From an uncultured Candidatus Entotheonella sp. (GTDB lineage: Bacteria; Tectomicrobia; Entotheonellia; Entotheonellales; Entotheonellaceae): DNA of 64,000 nt. The DNA lies in the NCBI GenBank assembly GCA_965217185.1, contig OZ244252.1, positions 2,080,001 to 2,144,000 of the forward strand, in the 5' to 3' direction. The notes beneath the pieces are model-generated. The model had not been told where the DNA came from. It did not search any database and saw nothing but the letters and a program-made list of their open reading frames with translations. The position numbers and the translations under genes were made by a program. Shown here one piece after another: positions 30,440-43,800 of the stretch (position 1 is the first letter of the stretch; each line of letters begins with the position of its first letter).

Positions 30440-30829
30440 TGCGTAATCGAGAATTCATGAAATGACGGTAAGAGCAATCGTCCACCGAAAGCTCAATTTC
30501 GCATTTGCTACCACGCTTGACGCATGGACTGAACCTCTGCCGCCCACATGCCAAACGGTTGCCTTTGGCACCGGCAATACAAAACCGCTGCGCCCACAAA
30601 ACACCAATACACATTGTGCACTATGCTTCGTTTCACCTCGGGATGTTAAGGGATCTCCGAAGTTGAGCCATCTCACGTCTAGGTATCTAACCGGTTACCG
30701 TAACATCAAGATTCAACTCAAACGCCTCATGAGACAACGCGAGAGCCTGTTTCCAGCCGTCCCACGAGGTAATGGGCCATGTTGACGCATACGCACTGGC
30801 ATCCAATACAGGTTGAGAGGTAGCGGCGC

Positions 30830-31570
30830 ATGAGACTAAATCAATTTGTAGAGGAATTAACCGGGCTGAACTTCAAGAATGTGTTTAATCCATACGCTGA
30901 TCGTTGCATCGTGCACGATCTTGATGACGCGCCCAGGCGTCGGCGTGATTCATTGCGTTCCATACTGGCGGCGGCAAGGGAACGGGGTGTTGAGTCTATG
31001 TGGATTGGACGCGACCTTGGGTTCCGGGGCGGAAGGAGGACCGGTCTTGCTTTTACAGACGACGCAACTATTGGGACACATGGTGAACGCTGGGCCGTAT
31101 CGATAGAACGGCCGACGAGGGGCGAGGTCATGCACGAACGGAGTGCCGGCACCATTTGGAACGTTCTCTCCCAAATCAAGGAGCCAGTCTTTCTGTGGAA
31201 CGTGTTTCCACTGCATCCCCATGACGCGGACATGCCTTTCAGCAATCGATCACATAGCTCCCTGGAGCGCCAAGCGGGAGAGGAGATACTGCGTCAACTA
31301 ATACGGCTTCTATCGCCATGCCGTTTGGTTGCCATTGGCAACGACGCCGCCCGTTCGGCCCGTCGATTGGGTCACAAACAGCAAGTGGTCCAGGTACGAC
31401 ACCCTAGTTACGGTGGGAAAAAGCAATTCACAGCACAAATCGATGTTCTTTATCAACTTCGGTTCCAGGGTCAGTTGAACTCGTCATTTGGTGTCGAGCA
31501 GCGTCAACTGTTCTCACGTTTGCGAGGAGATGGGCAACGGCCTGTTCGATCTGATCGCGGGTCAACTTGA
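30830..31570 (+). CDS. Uracil-DNA glycosylase superfamily protein
   Basis: VFNPY, GRDLGFRGGRRTGLAFTD, ERSA, WNVFPLHPH, VAIGN, VRHPSYGG. Confidence 0.82.
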   Translation: MRLNQFVEELTGLNFKNVFNPYADRCIVHDLDDAPRRRRDSLRSILAAARERGVESMWIGRDLGFRGGRRTGLAFTDDATIGTHGERWAVSIERPTRGEVMHERSAGTIWNVLSQIKEPVFLWNVFPLHPHDADMPFSNRSHSSLERQAGEEILRQLIRLLSPCRLVAIGNDAARSARRLGHKQQVVQVRHPSYGGKKQFTAQIDVLYQLRFQGQLNSSFGVEQRQLFSRLRGDGQRPVRSDRGST

Positions 31571-31991
31571 CGGCATACGCATTGACTGTCTGGTGGTCGA
31601 AAAACCCGGAGTCGGTTCGGCGCTACAAAAGGCAGTACGCTTCTACCCGGAGATTCTGGGACGCTTCCTGAAGTTCGTTCTACCCAGAGAACTGGACGCG
31701 GATACCGGCGAGGTCATTGTCATCACCGACACCATTCCGGTGAACAAGAAACGGCGAGCTATCGAAAGGGGCGTGCGGACTGCATTGCGCGGTACACTGC
31801 CGCCGGGGATGAAATATCGCATCCTGCACCATCAATCGCGTTCCCACTACGGACTGCAAGTGGCGGATTATTGCTGCTGGGCGATTTTTCAGAAATGGCA
31901 GACAGGGGAGAGCACTTGGTATGACCGCATCAAGCCGGCAATACGCCGTGAGCTTGACCTTTTCCATACCCAGTCAACGTACTACTACTGA
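31488..31991 (+). pseudogene. N-terminally truncated DUF3800-like protein
   Basis: C-terminal SHYGLQVADYCCWAIF motif; no N-terminal DESG-type motif; overlaps the UDG tail. Confidence 0.6.
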
Positions 31992-32009
31992 ATGAGCGGC
32001 GTGACCAAA

Positions 32010-32080
32010 AATGACCCCCCCGACTAACCCCGTTACCGGGGAGAGCACCCTTGGCACTCTTGTCATCGGGGGGGACCTTT
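32010..32080 (+). ncRNA. Structured repeat copy 1, candidate DUF3800-associated RNA
   Basis: Outer stem CCCCCCCGA/TCGGGGGGG enclosing CCCCG-TTAC-CGGGG and AGAG/CTCT arms. Confidence 0.6.
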
Positions 32081-32341
32081 AACAGCAAGCGTAGCAGAAC
32101 CGGTGTCAAGGGCAAAATTAAAATCTCGCCACGTCGGGCTGAGGGGGTCTTCCTTGGGGCGGTACGGGTTCAAGCCGGAGCGGCTGATTTTCCCGGCGTT
32201 CCTAAACGTTGCGAAAGACTGAGAAGCCCCTTGAGGATCACCCGTTACACGCTACGCCGTTTGTCGATCATTTTCGCCCTAAAGTGACTGGCAACGTACG
32301 TAGGTGCTGACAGGTGATCGACAAGCAGGACGAGCAAAAAG

Positions 32342-32407
32342 AATGCCCACCGACTACTCGGTTGCCGGAAAGAGCCCCTTGGGCGGTTGTCATCGGGGGG
32401 AACCTTT
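32342..32407 (+). ncRNA. Structured repeat copy 2
   Basis: Shares CCGACTA, GTTRCCGG, AGAGC, CCCTTGG and TTGTCATCGGGGGG.ACCTTT with copy 1. Confidence 0.6.
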
Positions 32408-32535
32408 GGCGGCCATGGTAACGGAACGCGTTCCAAGGCTAAACACGAAGTCGTTGGTCACAGACAGCGAAATTGCGGGTGAAGCCGCGGCGCAGATAGC
32501 CGGGGACCGACTCCCGTGGAGACAGAGACAGCAAC

Positions 32536-33609
32536 ATGAGCAGTGGCTTCAAGCCCAGTTTCACCATTACCCACCCGATTACCGGCGGGTTGACGCGCAT
32601 CGAGCGCGCCCGGGGATTCCTGGAGGCGGCCGTGCTGTCGGAACAGTGGGTGCAGGAGATGGGCCGGCGCGCCTTCCTTCTGGAAGCGCACCACACCACG
32701 CACATCGAGGGAACGCGCCTGACGCTGGACCAATCCCGGCGGTTGCTGGAGGGCAGCCCGGTGCCGGACGCCGACCCGGAAGACGCGAAGGAGTTGCTCA
32801 ACTACCGGCAGGCGTTTGGCCTCGTCTCTGAGTATGTTGCGGGCGGCGGGCCGGTCACGGAGGGGCTGATTCGAGAAATCCACAGACGTCTGGTGGAAGG
32901 TGTTCGTGGCGGCGCAGCGGGACCCGGCGAGTACCGGAAGGTGCAAAACTATGTGGTGAACGCTCTTACCGGGGAGACGGTCTACGAGCCGCCGCCGGCT
33001 TACGACGTGCCAATCATGATGGCGGAATTGGTGGACTGGCTGCACCGGGAGCAGGATATCCATCCCGTGTTGGTGAGCGGCATCGCGCAATTCCAACTCG
33101 TGCACATTCATCCGTTCCTGGACGGCAACGGCCGCACCTCCCGTCTCCTTTCCACGTTGTGCCTCTATCAGGCGGGATACGATTTCAAGCGCCTATTCAC
33201 GATCAGTGGATACTATGACCGGAATCGCCCCGCCTTCTACCGGGCGCTTCAAAGCGTGCGCGAAAGCGGCATGGACCTAACCGCCTGGCTGGAGTACTTC
33301 GTAGAAGGGCTGGCCGCTCAACTTGCCGAGGTCAGAGGGCGCGGAGAACGAGCCATCCGACGGGACGTCCTCATTCGAGAACAGGGTCTGTCAAATCGTC
33401 AGGCCAGGGCGCTTGGGCACATTGTCGAAGCTGGCAGTTTGACCATTCAGGAATTCGAGCGCCTTTGTCCCAACGTGAATCGCCGGTCGCTACAGCGAGA
33501 CCTGCGCGCCATGATGGAACAGGGAATCGTGGAAGAGGAAGCAACGAGTCCGACGGACCCAGGCAAGCGATATGTATTCAAGACCGACGGCTTGGCTGGC
33601 GAGCTATGA
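32536..33609 (+). CDS. Fic family protein with a C-terminal HTH
   Basis: [26 protein letters not shown]. Confidence 0.92.
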   Translation: MSSGFKPSFTITHPITGGLTRIERARGFLEAAVLSEQWVQEMGRRAFLLEAHHTTHIEGTRLTLDQSRRLLEGSPVPDADPEDAKELLNYRQAFGLVSEYVAGGGPVTEGLIREIHRRLVEGVRGGAAGPGEYRKVQNYVVNALTGETVYEPPPAYDVPIMMAELVDWLHREQDIHPVLVSGIAQFQLVHIHPFLDGNGRTSRLLSTLCLYQAGYDFKRLFTISGYYDRNRPAFYRALQSVRESGMDLTAWLEYFVEGLAAQLAEVRGRGERAIRRDVLIREQGLSNRQARALGHIVEAGSLTIQEFERLCPNVNRRSLQRDLRAMMEQGIVEEEATSPTDPGKRYVFKTDGLAGEL

Positions 33610-33707
33610 CATGCTGTGACACGGAGGTGTGACACGACACTGCAGAATCACGGGCATGGCGTTTGGTGCTTCTACTTCCCTCCGGCAATACCCGAAGGAA
33701 GCAGAAA

Positions 33708-34100
33708 TTACCAGAGACGGCGAACGCCGTACCAGTCGAAGCGAGTTTCGTTCGATACGAAAACGAGGTTGTGCGTCAGCGCCTGGGCAATGAGCATGCG
33801 GTCGAAGGGGTCGCGGTGGGGACCGGGCAAAGCACCGGCGCGCGCGGCGTCTGCCACGGTTATCGGCAGTTCCGCGAAACCCTGGTTGGCTATGACTCCG
33901 GTAACGTCGGCGGCGATCAACTCGCAGCCCGGCAATTTGCCAAGCCGATGCTTGGTGGTGATCTCCCACGCCGTTGCTGCGCTGACCTGTTTCTCATTCA
34001 GTGGGTCGAAAATGGCGTGGCGCACCGCCTCTGACAGGCGGTTGCTGTCGGTAAGCCACCATATCAGGGCGTGGGTGTCGAGCAGAATTCGCAATCGCAA
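33708..34100 (-). CDS. vapC: VapC-type PIN toxin
   Basis: ILLDTHALIW, SAATAWEI, HRDPFDRMLIAQA. Confidence 0.9.
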   Translation of the reverse strand: MRLRILLDTHALIWWLTDSNRLSEAVRHAIFDPLNEKQVSAATAWEITTKHRLGKLPGCELIAADVTGVIANQGFAELPITVADAARAGALPGPHRDPFDRMLIAQALTHNLVFVSNETRFDWYGVRRLW

Positions 34101-34330
34101 TCACCTTCCCATGCGTTCAACTCTTCCTCCGGCAGTGGGTCAAAGAACGTGTCTGGAAGGATGACCTTGCCCTTGAAGACATCGGGCTGGGGCTTGCCCC
34201 GCTTCTCAACCGGCGCCAGCTTCGCCACCGGCGTGCCGTTGCGGGCGATGATGACCTCCTCGCCAGCCTCGACGCGCTTCAACAGCCGGGACAGGCTGGT
34301 CTTCGCCACGTGCACGTTTACGGTTTCCAT
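34064..34330 (-). CDS. Phd/YefM antitoxin
   Basis: METVNVHVAKTSLSRLLKRVEAGEEVIIARNGTPVAKL; AAGGAG RBS. Confidence 0.88.
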   Translation of the reverse strand: METVNVHVAKTSLSRLLKRVEAGEEVIIARNGTPVAKLAPVEKRGKPQPDVFKGKVILPDTFFDPLPEEELNAWEGDCDCEFCSTPTP

Positions 34331-34399
34331 GGACGGCTCCTTGAAGTCGGGTAGCTTAGTCAACATTATGGCTAATCCTTACCGCTGTCAAACAGAGGT

Positions 34400-37343
<2,944 letters not shown>

Positions 37344-37357
<14 letters not shown>

Positions 37358-37733
37358 CGAACGCCGCAAGGCCATCGGCGAGCGTGTGGAATTCTGGGCG
37401 CGGCGTCTGAACGTGCGGCCGCGCTTGGTTCGCGTTCGGCGCATGACCCGCAAGTGGGGCTCCTGCTCGACGTCGGGCGTTCTGACCTTCGCCGCTGATC
37501 TGGCCGACCACGAGCCCGGTTTTCAGGACTTCATTATCGCGCACGAATTGCTGCACCTGCGGGTGCCCAACCACGGCCGGCTGTTCAAGGCGCTGATGAC
37601 GGCTTACGTGCCAGATTGGAAGCGGTACGACGTTGCCAGGCGTCAGCTGTCCGGGGGTAAGCACGTAGGAGAACGGTCACGTGTTCGGGAAGTATCAAGG
37701 CTGTCGGACTTGCACGGCTCCGCCGGGGGCTGA
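37344..37733 (+). CDS. M48/YgjP-like metallopeptidase (DUF45), commonly downstream of hsdR
   Basis: [21 protein letters not shown]. Confidence 0.85.
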
Positions 37734-37977
37734 TTCGGTGGCGCCCGACGCTTTGTAGAAGGATTCCGCGACGAACGGTGTTGACGGACATCAGTGAGTT
37801 GCCGCAGGGTCGCGTCGTGGTGAGCACGCATGGCCGCGATTCTCGTTGTTCGATGCGCTGTCCGAACGGGTGGTCGTGTACGGCTAGCGCGGGATGCGGT
37901 AGTAACCGTCGTCCTTCTTCTTGGTCGCCTTCGCCACCTTGGTAGGTATCAATTTGAAAGGAATTAGGAATTCACCC

Positions 37978-38682
37978 TTATTCGTCCGATGTGAAAGCCA
38001 TGACCGCCTGCAGCATGTACCAGAACAGCAGCGCCACCGAGGCGAACAGCGCCAGCGACGCCGCCACGTGCTGATCCGTGTGATAGTGGTGCATGACGTT
38101 CGAGGTGTTGTAGAGAATCGCGCCGCCCGCGAACAGAATCATCAGGCCGACGAAAAACAGCCCCAGGCTGAAGCCGAACAGGATGCTCGCCACGATCACC
38201 CCGAGGGCAACGAAGCCGCCGACCTTGAGCAGGCCGCCGAGAAAGGAGAAATCGTGCCCGGTCGTGAAGGCCACCAGCGTCAGGCCGCCGAACAGCAGCG
38301 CAGTGACGATACCGGCGGTCGGGATGACGTCCGGCGAGCTGAAGTAAGCCGCGATGTAGAGCAAGGGCAGAAAGATCACCGCCTCCGCCGCCACGTAAAG
38401 CCCCAACCCCATGTATTGCATCTGCGGCGAGGCGTCGGACCGTGCCCATTTCTCGGCCAGCCAGGACACCCCCATGAACGCAGCCAGGACGATCAACCAC
38501 GAAAAGCCGCCGAGCATGGCGCCGACGAGCGCCTCCGCCCCGGACCACTGCAGCAGCAGCGCTTCCACCACAATGAAGGCCAGCACCGCGCCCGCCAGGT
38601 GATTGTAGGTGCGCCGGATGAACGTGGTGCGCAGGCTGGCGTCGGCGTAAACCGCCGGCTGTGCATAGCTTCGAGCGTACAT
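37978..38682 (-). CDS. Bax inhibitor-1 / YccA family membrane protein
   Basis: FIRRTYNHL, about seven hydrophobic segments, ILYNTSN. Confidence 0.88.
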   Translation of the reverse strand: MYARSYAQPAVYADASLRTTFIRRTYNHLAGAVLAFIVVEALLLQWSGAEALVGAMLGGFSWLIVLAAFMGVSWLAEKWARSDASPQMQYMGLGLYVAAEAVIFLPLLYIAAYFSSPDVIPTAGIVTALLFGGLTLVAFTTGHDFSFLGGLLKVGGFVALGVIVASILFGFSLGLFFVGLMILFAGGAILYNTSNVMHHYHTDQHVAASLALFASVALLFWYMLQAVMAFTSDE

Positions 38683-38719
38683 TGTGAATTTCCTTCCGAA
38701 TTGAAATGACCGGCTTATG

Positions 38720-38836
38720 CTCCCTCTCCCTAGCCCTCCCCCGCGGAGGGGGGAGGGGACGCTGCCAACTCTTTACTCGCGAAGGCGCGGGTTTGTGCTC
38801 CCTCTCCCCTGGCGGGAGAGGGTTGGGGTGAGGGGG
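38720..38836. repeat. Inverted pair of CCC/GGG REP-like palindromes
   Basis: Same type A plus type B arrangement as at 15012-15128. Confidence 0.7.
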
Positions 38837-38891
38837 AAGTCGGACACCATCGCAAATCCAGGTTGCTGAATAACAACGTCTCAAGGCGAAA

Positions 38892-39788
38892 TTATACTCC
38901 GGGGTGCAACAAGCGGCGCAAGGCGCGCAGGCTGCGGCCGATGCGTGGGCCGTACCAACTGACGATCTTGCCGTCGATGAGATGAACCCGCCCGTCGCGC
39001 ACTGCCGGTACGTCGGCGAACGGGGCGAAATCGGGCAGGTCGGCGTCGCTGAACGGATAGGGTTCGTCAGGTAGCAGAACGACCTCGGGGCGGTAGGCGG
39101 CCATTTCGTCCAGGCTGACGCGCGGATAGCGGCGGTCGCGCGCCTCGTGGCGCTGCCCCTCGGCTTCCGGCTGGCGACCGAGGTCGGCGGCGAGCGGGAA
39201 ACGGCGCTGGCGGTCGGCAAAGACGTTGTCGCCGCCGCAGGCCGCCAGCATGGCGTGGATGTAGGTGTCGTGGTTGATGGTCATGTACGGGTCCTTCCAG
39301 ATCGGACAGAACACCCGCACAGGCGGTCGTGTGGCGGCGACGGCCTCGGTGTCGGCAAACTCGTGTTCGATGGCTTCGATGCGTCCGGCAACCTCCGAGC
39401 GGCAACCGAGCAGCTCGGCGACGCGCCACAGCAGGTCGATGCCGTCGCGCACGGTGCGCGGCTCGAAGACGTACACCGGCACCCCGGCGGCAGCCAACTG
39501 GTCGACGTCGACGCGGCGGTTCTCCTCGGCCACCGCCAGCACCAGGTCTGGCTGCAGGTCGATGATGGCCGCCACGTCCGGATTCTTGGTGCCGCCGATG
39601 GTCGTTTTGCCGACGACCTCGGCGGCGGGCTCCGTGCAGTAATCGGTCAGCGCCGCGACCTGCTCGCCGCGGCCGAAATCGAACAGAATTTCGGTGAGGC
39701 TGGGCACCAGCGACACGAGGCGGCGCGGGTCGTCCGGCACCCGCACGGCACGCCCGAAGGTATCCACGTAGTCGGGCACCGACGTCAC
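38892..39788 (-). CDS. Helical-backbone metal/cobalamin-binding protein (BtuF-like)
   Basis: RLVSLVPSLTE, GGTKNPD, EENR, LPDEPYPF, SWYGPR. Confidence 0.85.
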   Translation of the reverse strand: MTSVPDYVDTFGRAVRVPDDPRRLVSLVPSLTEILFDFGRGEQVAALTDYCTEPAAEVVGKTTIGGTKNPDVAAIIDLQPDLVLAVAEENRRVDVDQLAAAGVPVYVFEPRTVRDGIDLLWRVAELLGCRSEVAGRIEAIEHEFADTEAVAATRPPVRVFCPIWKDPYMTINHDTYIHAMLAACGGDNVFADRQRRFPLAADLGRQPEAEGQRHEARDRRYPRVSLDEMAAYRPEVVLLPDEPYPFSDADLPDFAPFADVPAVRDGRVHLIDGKIVSWYGPRIGRSLRALRRLLHPGV

Positions 39789-40738
39789 TCCGCGTCCGGG
39801 TGCGTCGAGATGAACCGCGCGGCGCGGTCGGCATCGACTTCCGGCGCGCGCACTTCCACCCCGGCGGCCTCCTCCTGCAGCAGGAAGGTGATACTACTGT
39901 CCATATCCCCCCAGCCGCGGTTGAGGCCCTCGATGACCGTCTGCTCGGCGAGATTGGCCACCGGCATCGGCACGTCGAACTCGCGGCCCAACTCGGTGGC
40001 CAGCGAGATGTCCTTGCGCGCCAGGGACAGCAGAAAGCTGGGCGGCTCGAAGGTGCCGTGGAACACCGTGCGCGGAATGCCCTCGTGCAGGCCGCTCATG
40101 CGGCCCAGGGCGCCGCGCCGCACGCACTGCCACAGCGCCTCGGCCTCGACGCCGGCCTTCACCCCCAGGGTCAGGCCCTCGGCGATGGCCTGCCGCACGC
40201 CGTGGCCGATCATGTTGTGCACCAGCTTGCAAACGCTGCCGGCACCGATGCTGCCGGCGTAGAACACCTTGTCGCCAAAGGCGTCCAGCAGCGGCTTGAT
40301 GCGCTCGAAAATTTCCCGCTCGCCGCCGACCATCACCGCCAGGTTGCGCGACGCCGCGCCGCTCTTGCCGCCGCTCACCGGGGCGTCCAGCACGTGCGCC
40401 CCTTTGGCGCGAAACTGCGGCTCGATTTGGCGGATGAGCGTCGGCCGGCTGGTGGACAGGTCCACGTAAATGCTGCCCTCGCGGATGCCCTCCAGCACGC
40501 CGCCGGCGCCGAGCGCCACCGCTTCCACCTCGCGGGGGCCGGGCAGCGACGTGAAAACCACGTCGCACAAGCGTGCCACCTCGGCAGCCGAGCCCGCCTG
40601 CTGCGCCCCGGCAGCCACGAACGGCTGCGCGGCGGCCTGACGAACGTCGTGCACCACCAGCGGATAGTCGGCCTTCTGGATGTTCGCCGCCATGCCCATG
40701 CCCATGTTGCCCAGTCCGATGAATCCTACGGTTTCCAT
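39785..40738 (-). CDS. NAD(P)-dependent 3-hydroxyisobutyrate-dehydrogenase-like oxidoreductase
   Basis: GFIGLGNMG, LDAPVSGG, MVGG, KLVHN, KD. Confidence 0.9.
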   Translation of the reverse strand: METVGFIGLGNMGMGMAANIQKADYPLVVHDVRQAAAQPFVAAGAQQAGSAAEVARLCDVVFTSLPGPREVEAVALGAGGVLEGIREGSIYVDLSTSRPTLIRQIEPQFRAKGAHVLDAPVSGGKSGAASRNLAVMVGGEREIFERIKPLLDAFGDKVFYAGSIGAGSVCKLVHNMIGHGVRQAIAEGLTLGVKAGVEAEALWQCVRRGALGRMSGLHEGIPRTVFHGTFEPPSFLLSLARKDISLATELGREFDVPMPVANLAEQTVIEGLNRGWGDMDSSITFLLQEEAAGVEVRAPEVDADRAARFISTHPDAE

Positions 40739-40803
40739 ACGTCTCTCCTTGGGGTTTTCAGGTGCCGATTTTTCGGGTTGAACCAGGATGATATCAGTTG
40801 TCT

Positions 40804-40839
40804 TCCTCTCCCCTCGTGGAAGAGGGTTGGGGTGAGGGG
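40804..40839 (-). repeat. Type B CCC/GGG REP-like palindrome
   Basis: CCTCTCCCCTCGTGGAAGAGGGTTGGGGTGAGGGG. Confidence 0.65.
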
Positions 40840-40897
40840 ATTTCAGGATCCCACGCCGTCTTGCTCTCAAAGTGCTCTGAGGGGCGATTTTAACCCC

Positions 40898-43800
40898 TCA
40901 GCCCGGTGAATGCTGGACGTCAGGCGCTTTCCGCAAGTCGGAGTCACTGTTCGGCCGCCACAGCACGGACAGAGACGTGGCCAGCGTCGGCACAACGATG
41001 AGATTCAGGAACGTCGAGCTGGCCAGGCCACCCAGAATTACCCAGGCAAGGGGGCGCTCCAGTTCCTTGCCGATGGGGCTGCCGACGACCAGCGGGAACA
41101 GCCCGAGCGCCGTGGACGCCGCGGTCATCAGAACCGGGCTCAGGCGGTCCAGGGCGCCTTGCAGAACCGCCTCGTGCACCGGTCGGCCTTCCTCGCGTAT
41201 GAGGTACTGGCAGTGCGTGATGAGGATGATGCCGTTGCGCGTGGCGATGCCGAACACCGCCACGAAGCCGATGAGCGAGGAAATGCTCAGCACGCCGTCG
41301 GTCCAGTAGACCGCCAGCACGCCGCCGATCAGCGCCAGCGGCAGGTTGACCATGACCAGCAGCGCCGCCTTGGCCGAGCCCAGCGCCTGGTACAGCAGCA
41401 TGAAGATAATGAACACCGACGCGAGCCCCAGCAGCATGATGATCCGCTGGCTGCGCTGCTGGCTCTCGAACTGGCCGCCGTATTGCACGAAATAGCCCGT
41501 CGGCAGTGTCACCTCGGCGCTGACCCGCGCCCGTATGTCGTCCACGACGCTGCCGAGGTCGCGCCCCTCGACGTTGCTGCGCGCCACGATGCGGCGCATG
41601 ACGTCCTCGCGGTTGATGATGTACGGACGCGCTTCGAGGAACACGTCGGCGACCTGTCGCAACGGCACGCGGCCGCCGGCGGGCGTGTCCAGCAGCACGT
41701 CCCGCAGCGTCTCCAGGTCGGGTGACTCGGCGGAGGCGAAGCGCACCACCAGATCGAACGATTTCTGGCCTTCGACGACCTGGGAAACCACGTAGCCGTT
41801 GCCGAATACTTCGACGACGCGCAGCACGTCCTCGGCCCGCAGCCCGTAGCCGGCGGCTTTTACGCGATCCACCTTGACGGCCACCATGGGTACGTTGACG
41901 AGCGGCTCCAGCTCGAGGTCGGTGACGCCCTCGACACGCCGCATGATGGCCCGCACCTCCTGCCCCTTTTCCCACAGGATGCCGAGGTCAGGGCCGAAAA
42001 TCTTCACGGCGATCTGGGCGGTGACGCCGGACAGCGCCTCGTCCATGCGGTGGGCAATGAACTGCCCAACGTTGATGGCCACGCCGGGCAGCATGCCCAG
42101 GTCGGTGCGGATGGCCTGGATCAGCGCATCGGGGTCGCGCTCGGCAAAGTGCAGGGTGATGTCGAATTCGCTGAAATTGACCGGCGACACCTCCTCGCCG
42201 ACTTCGCCCATGCCCACCCGCTGCACCACCGACACCACCTCGGGGTAGGTCAGCAGCCGCTCCTGCACCTGCCGCCCGAGGCGCATGGATTCCTCCAGCG
42301 AGGTGCCGGGCAGGGCCGTCATGGCGACGATGAAATTGCCCTCGTGGAAGCGCGGCAGGAATTCCCGCCCCAGCGAGGGGATCAGCGCCATCGTCGCGCA
42401 CAGCATGGCGGCGGCGCACCCGACCACCCACCACGGATGCCGCAGTGCCGGTCGCAGCACCCGCCGGTAGACGCTCTTCAGCCCGACGCTGGTGGCGCTC
42501 TCCTTTTCCAGCAGCCGCCCGCCGGTCAGGAACAGCGAGCACAGCACCGGCGTTTGCGTGAAGGCGACCAGCAGCGAGGCGAAGATGGCGATGCAGTAGG
42601 ACAGCCCCAGCGGCGTGAAAATGCGCCCCTCGGGGCCGGACAGGAAGAATACCGGCAGGAAGACAACCATGGTGATGAGGGTGGCGTAGACGATGGAGGC
42701 GCGGATTTCCATCGAGGCGCGGTAAATCACCCGCAGGTTGGAGTCGGGCACGGCGCGCTGGCGGTTTTCGCGCAACCGCCGGAAGATGTTTTCCACGTCG
42801 ATGATGGCATCGTCGACCACGCCGCCGAGGGCCACCGACATGCCGCCGAGGGTCATGGCGTTGATCCCGACGTCGAGGGCCCTGAGCACGATTACCGCCA
42901 GCAGCAGCGAGACCGGCATGGCCAGGAAGCTGATGAACGAAGGCCGGAAGCTGAGGAAGAAGATGAACAGGACGGCGGTGACGATGGCGGCGCCCTGCAG
43001 CAGCGCTGCTCTCAGGTTCTCAATCGTGGCCTCGATGAACGTCGCCTGGCGGAACAGCGCCTTGTGCAGCTTGACGCCTTCGGGCAGCGTCTGCTCGATC
43101 TCGTCGAGCGCCGCTTCCACCTCATAGGTGGTTGTCAGGGTGTCGGCGCCGAAGGCCTTGGTGGCGGCGCCGAGGACCAGCGGGATGCCGCCGTTCAGGC
43201 TGGCGTCACCGCGCTTCGGCGCCGCGCCCAGTTGCACTTCTGCCACTTGGGCAATGGTGATCGGGTTGCCGCCGCGCATCGTGATGACGGAGCTTCGCAG
43301 GTCTTCCAGCGAGGTGATGCGCCCGCGCCCGGTGACGATGTATTCCTGGTCCGAAGTTTTCAGCACCCCGCCCGGCAGGTTCAGGTTGGCCGCCTCGACG
43401 GCCTCGATGACCTCTTGCAGGGTGAGGTTGTACGCCTTGAGCCGGCGGGGCGAGACGACCACCTGGTACTGCTTGATGCCGCCGCCGACGCAGACCACCG
43501 AGGCGACGCCCGACACGGCCAGCAGGCGGTTGCGGATGTCCCACTCGCAGATAGTCCGCAGGTCGAGCTCGGAGACTGCGCCATCGTCGACTTCGTAGGT
43601 GAGGCCGTACTCCAGCAGGCGGCCCATGACCGACGCCACCGGCAGCATGACGGGCGCCTCGACGCCCGCCGGCAACTGCTGCTCGGCTTGCCGCAGCCGC
43701 TCGGCAACCTTCTGGCGCGCGACGGTAAGATCGGTGCCCCACTCGAACACCGCGACGATGGTGGAGAGGCCGACGATGGCCGACGAGCGCACGCTGACCA

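Noticed and set aside
30440..30829. 107-aa ORF between MazG and UDG
   Set aside because: No recognisable motif or clear RBS; may be a remnant but cannot be supported
32010..32407. CRISPR array or tRNA
   Set aside because: Only two diverged ~70-nt copies about 330 nt apart, no cas genes, and no cloverleaf, T-loop or CCA
34064..34100. Cys-rich tail (DCDCEFC) on the antitoxin as a metal site
   Set aside because: Arises from overlap with vapC and a GATTGC duplication; probably incidental
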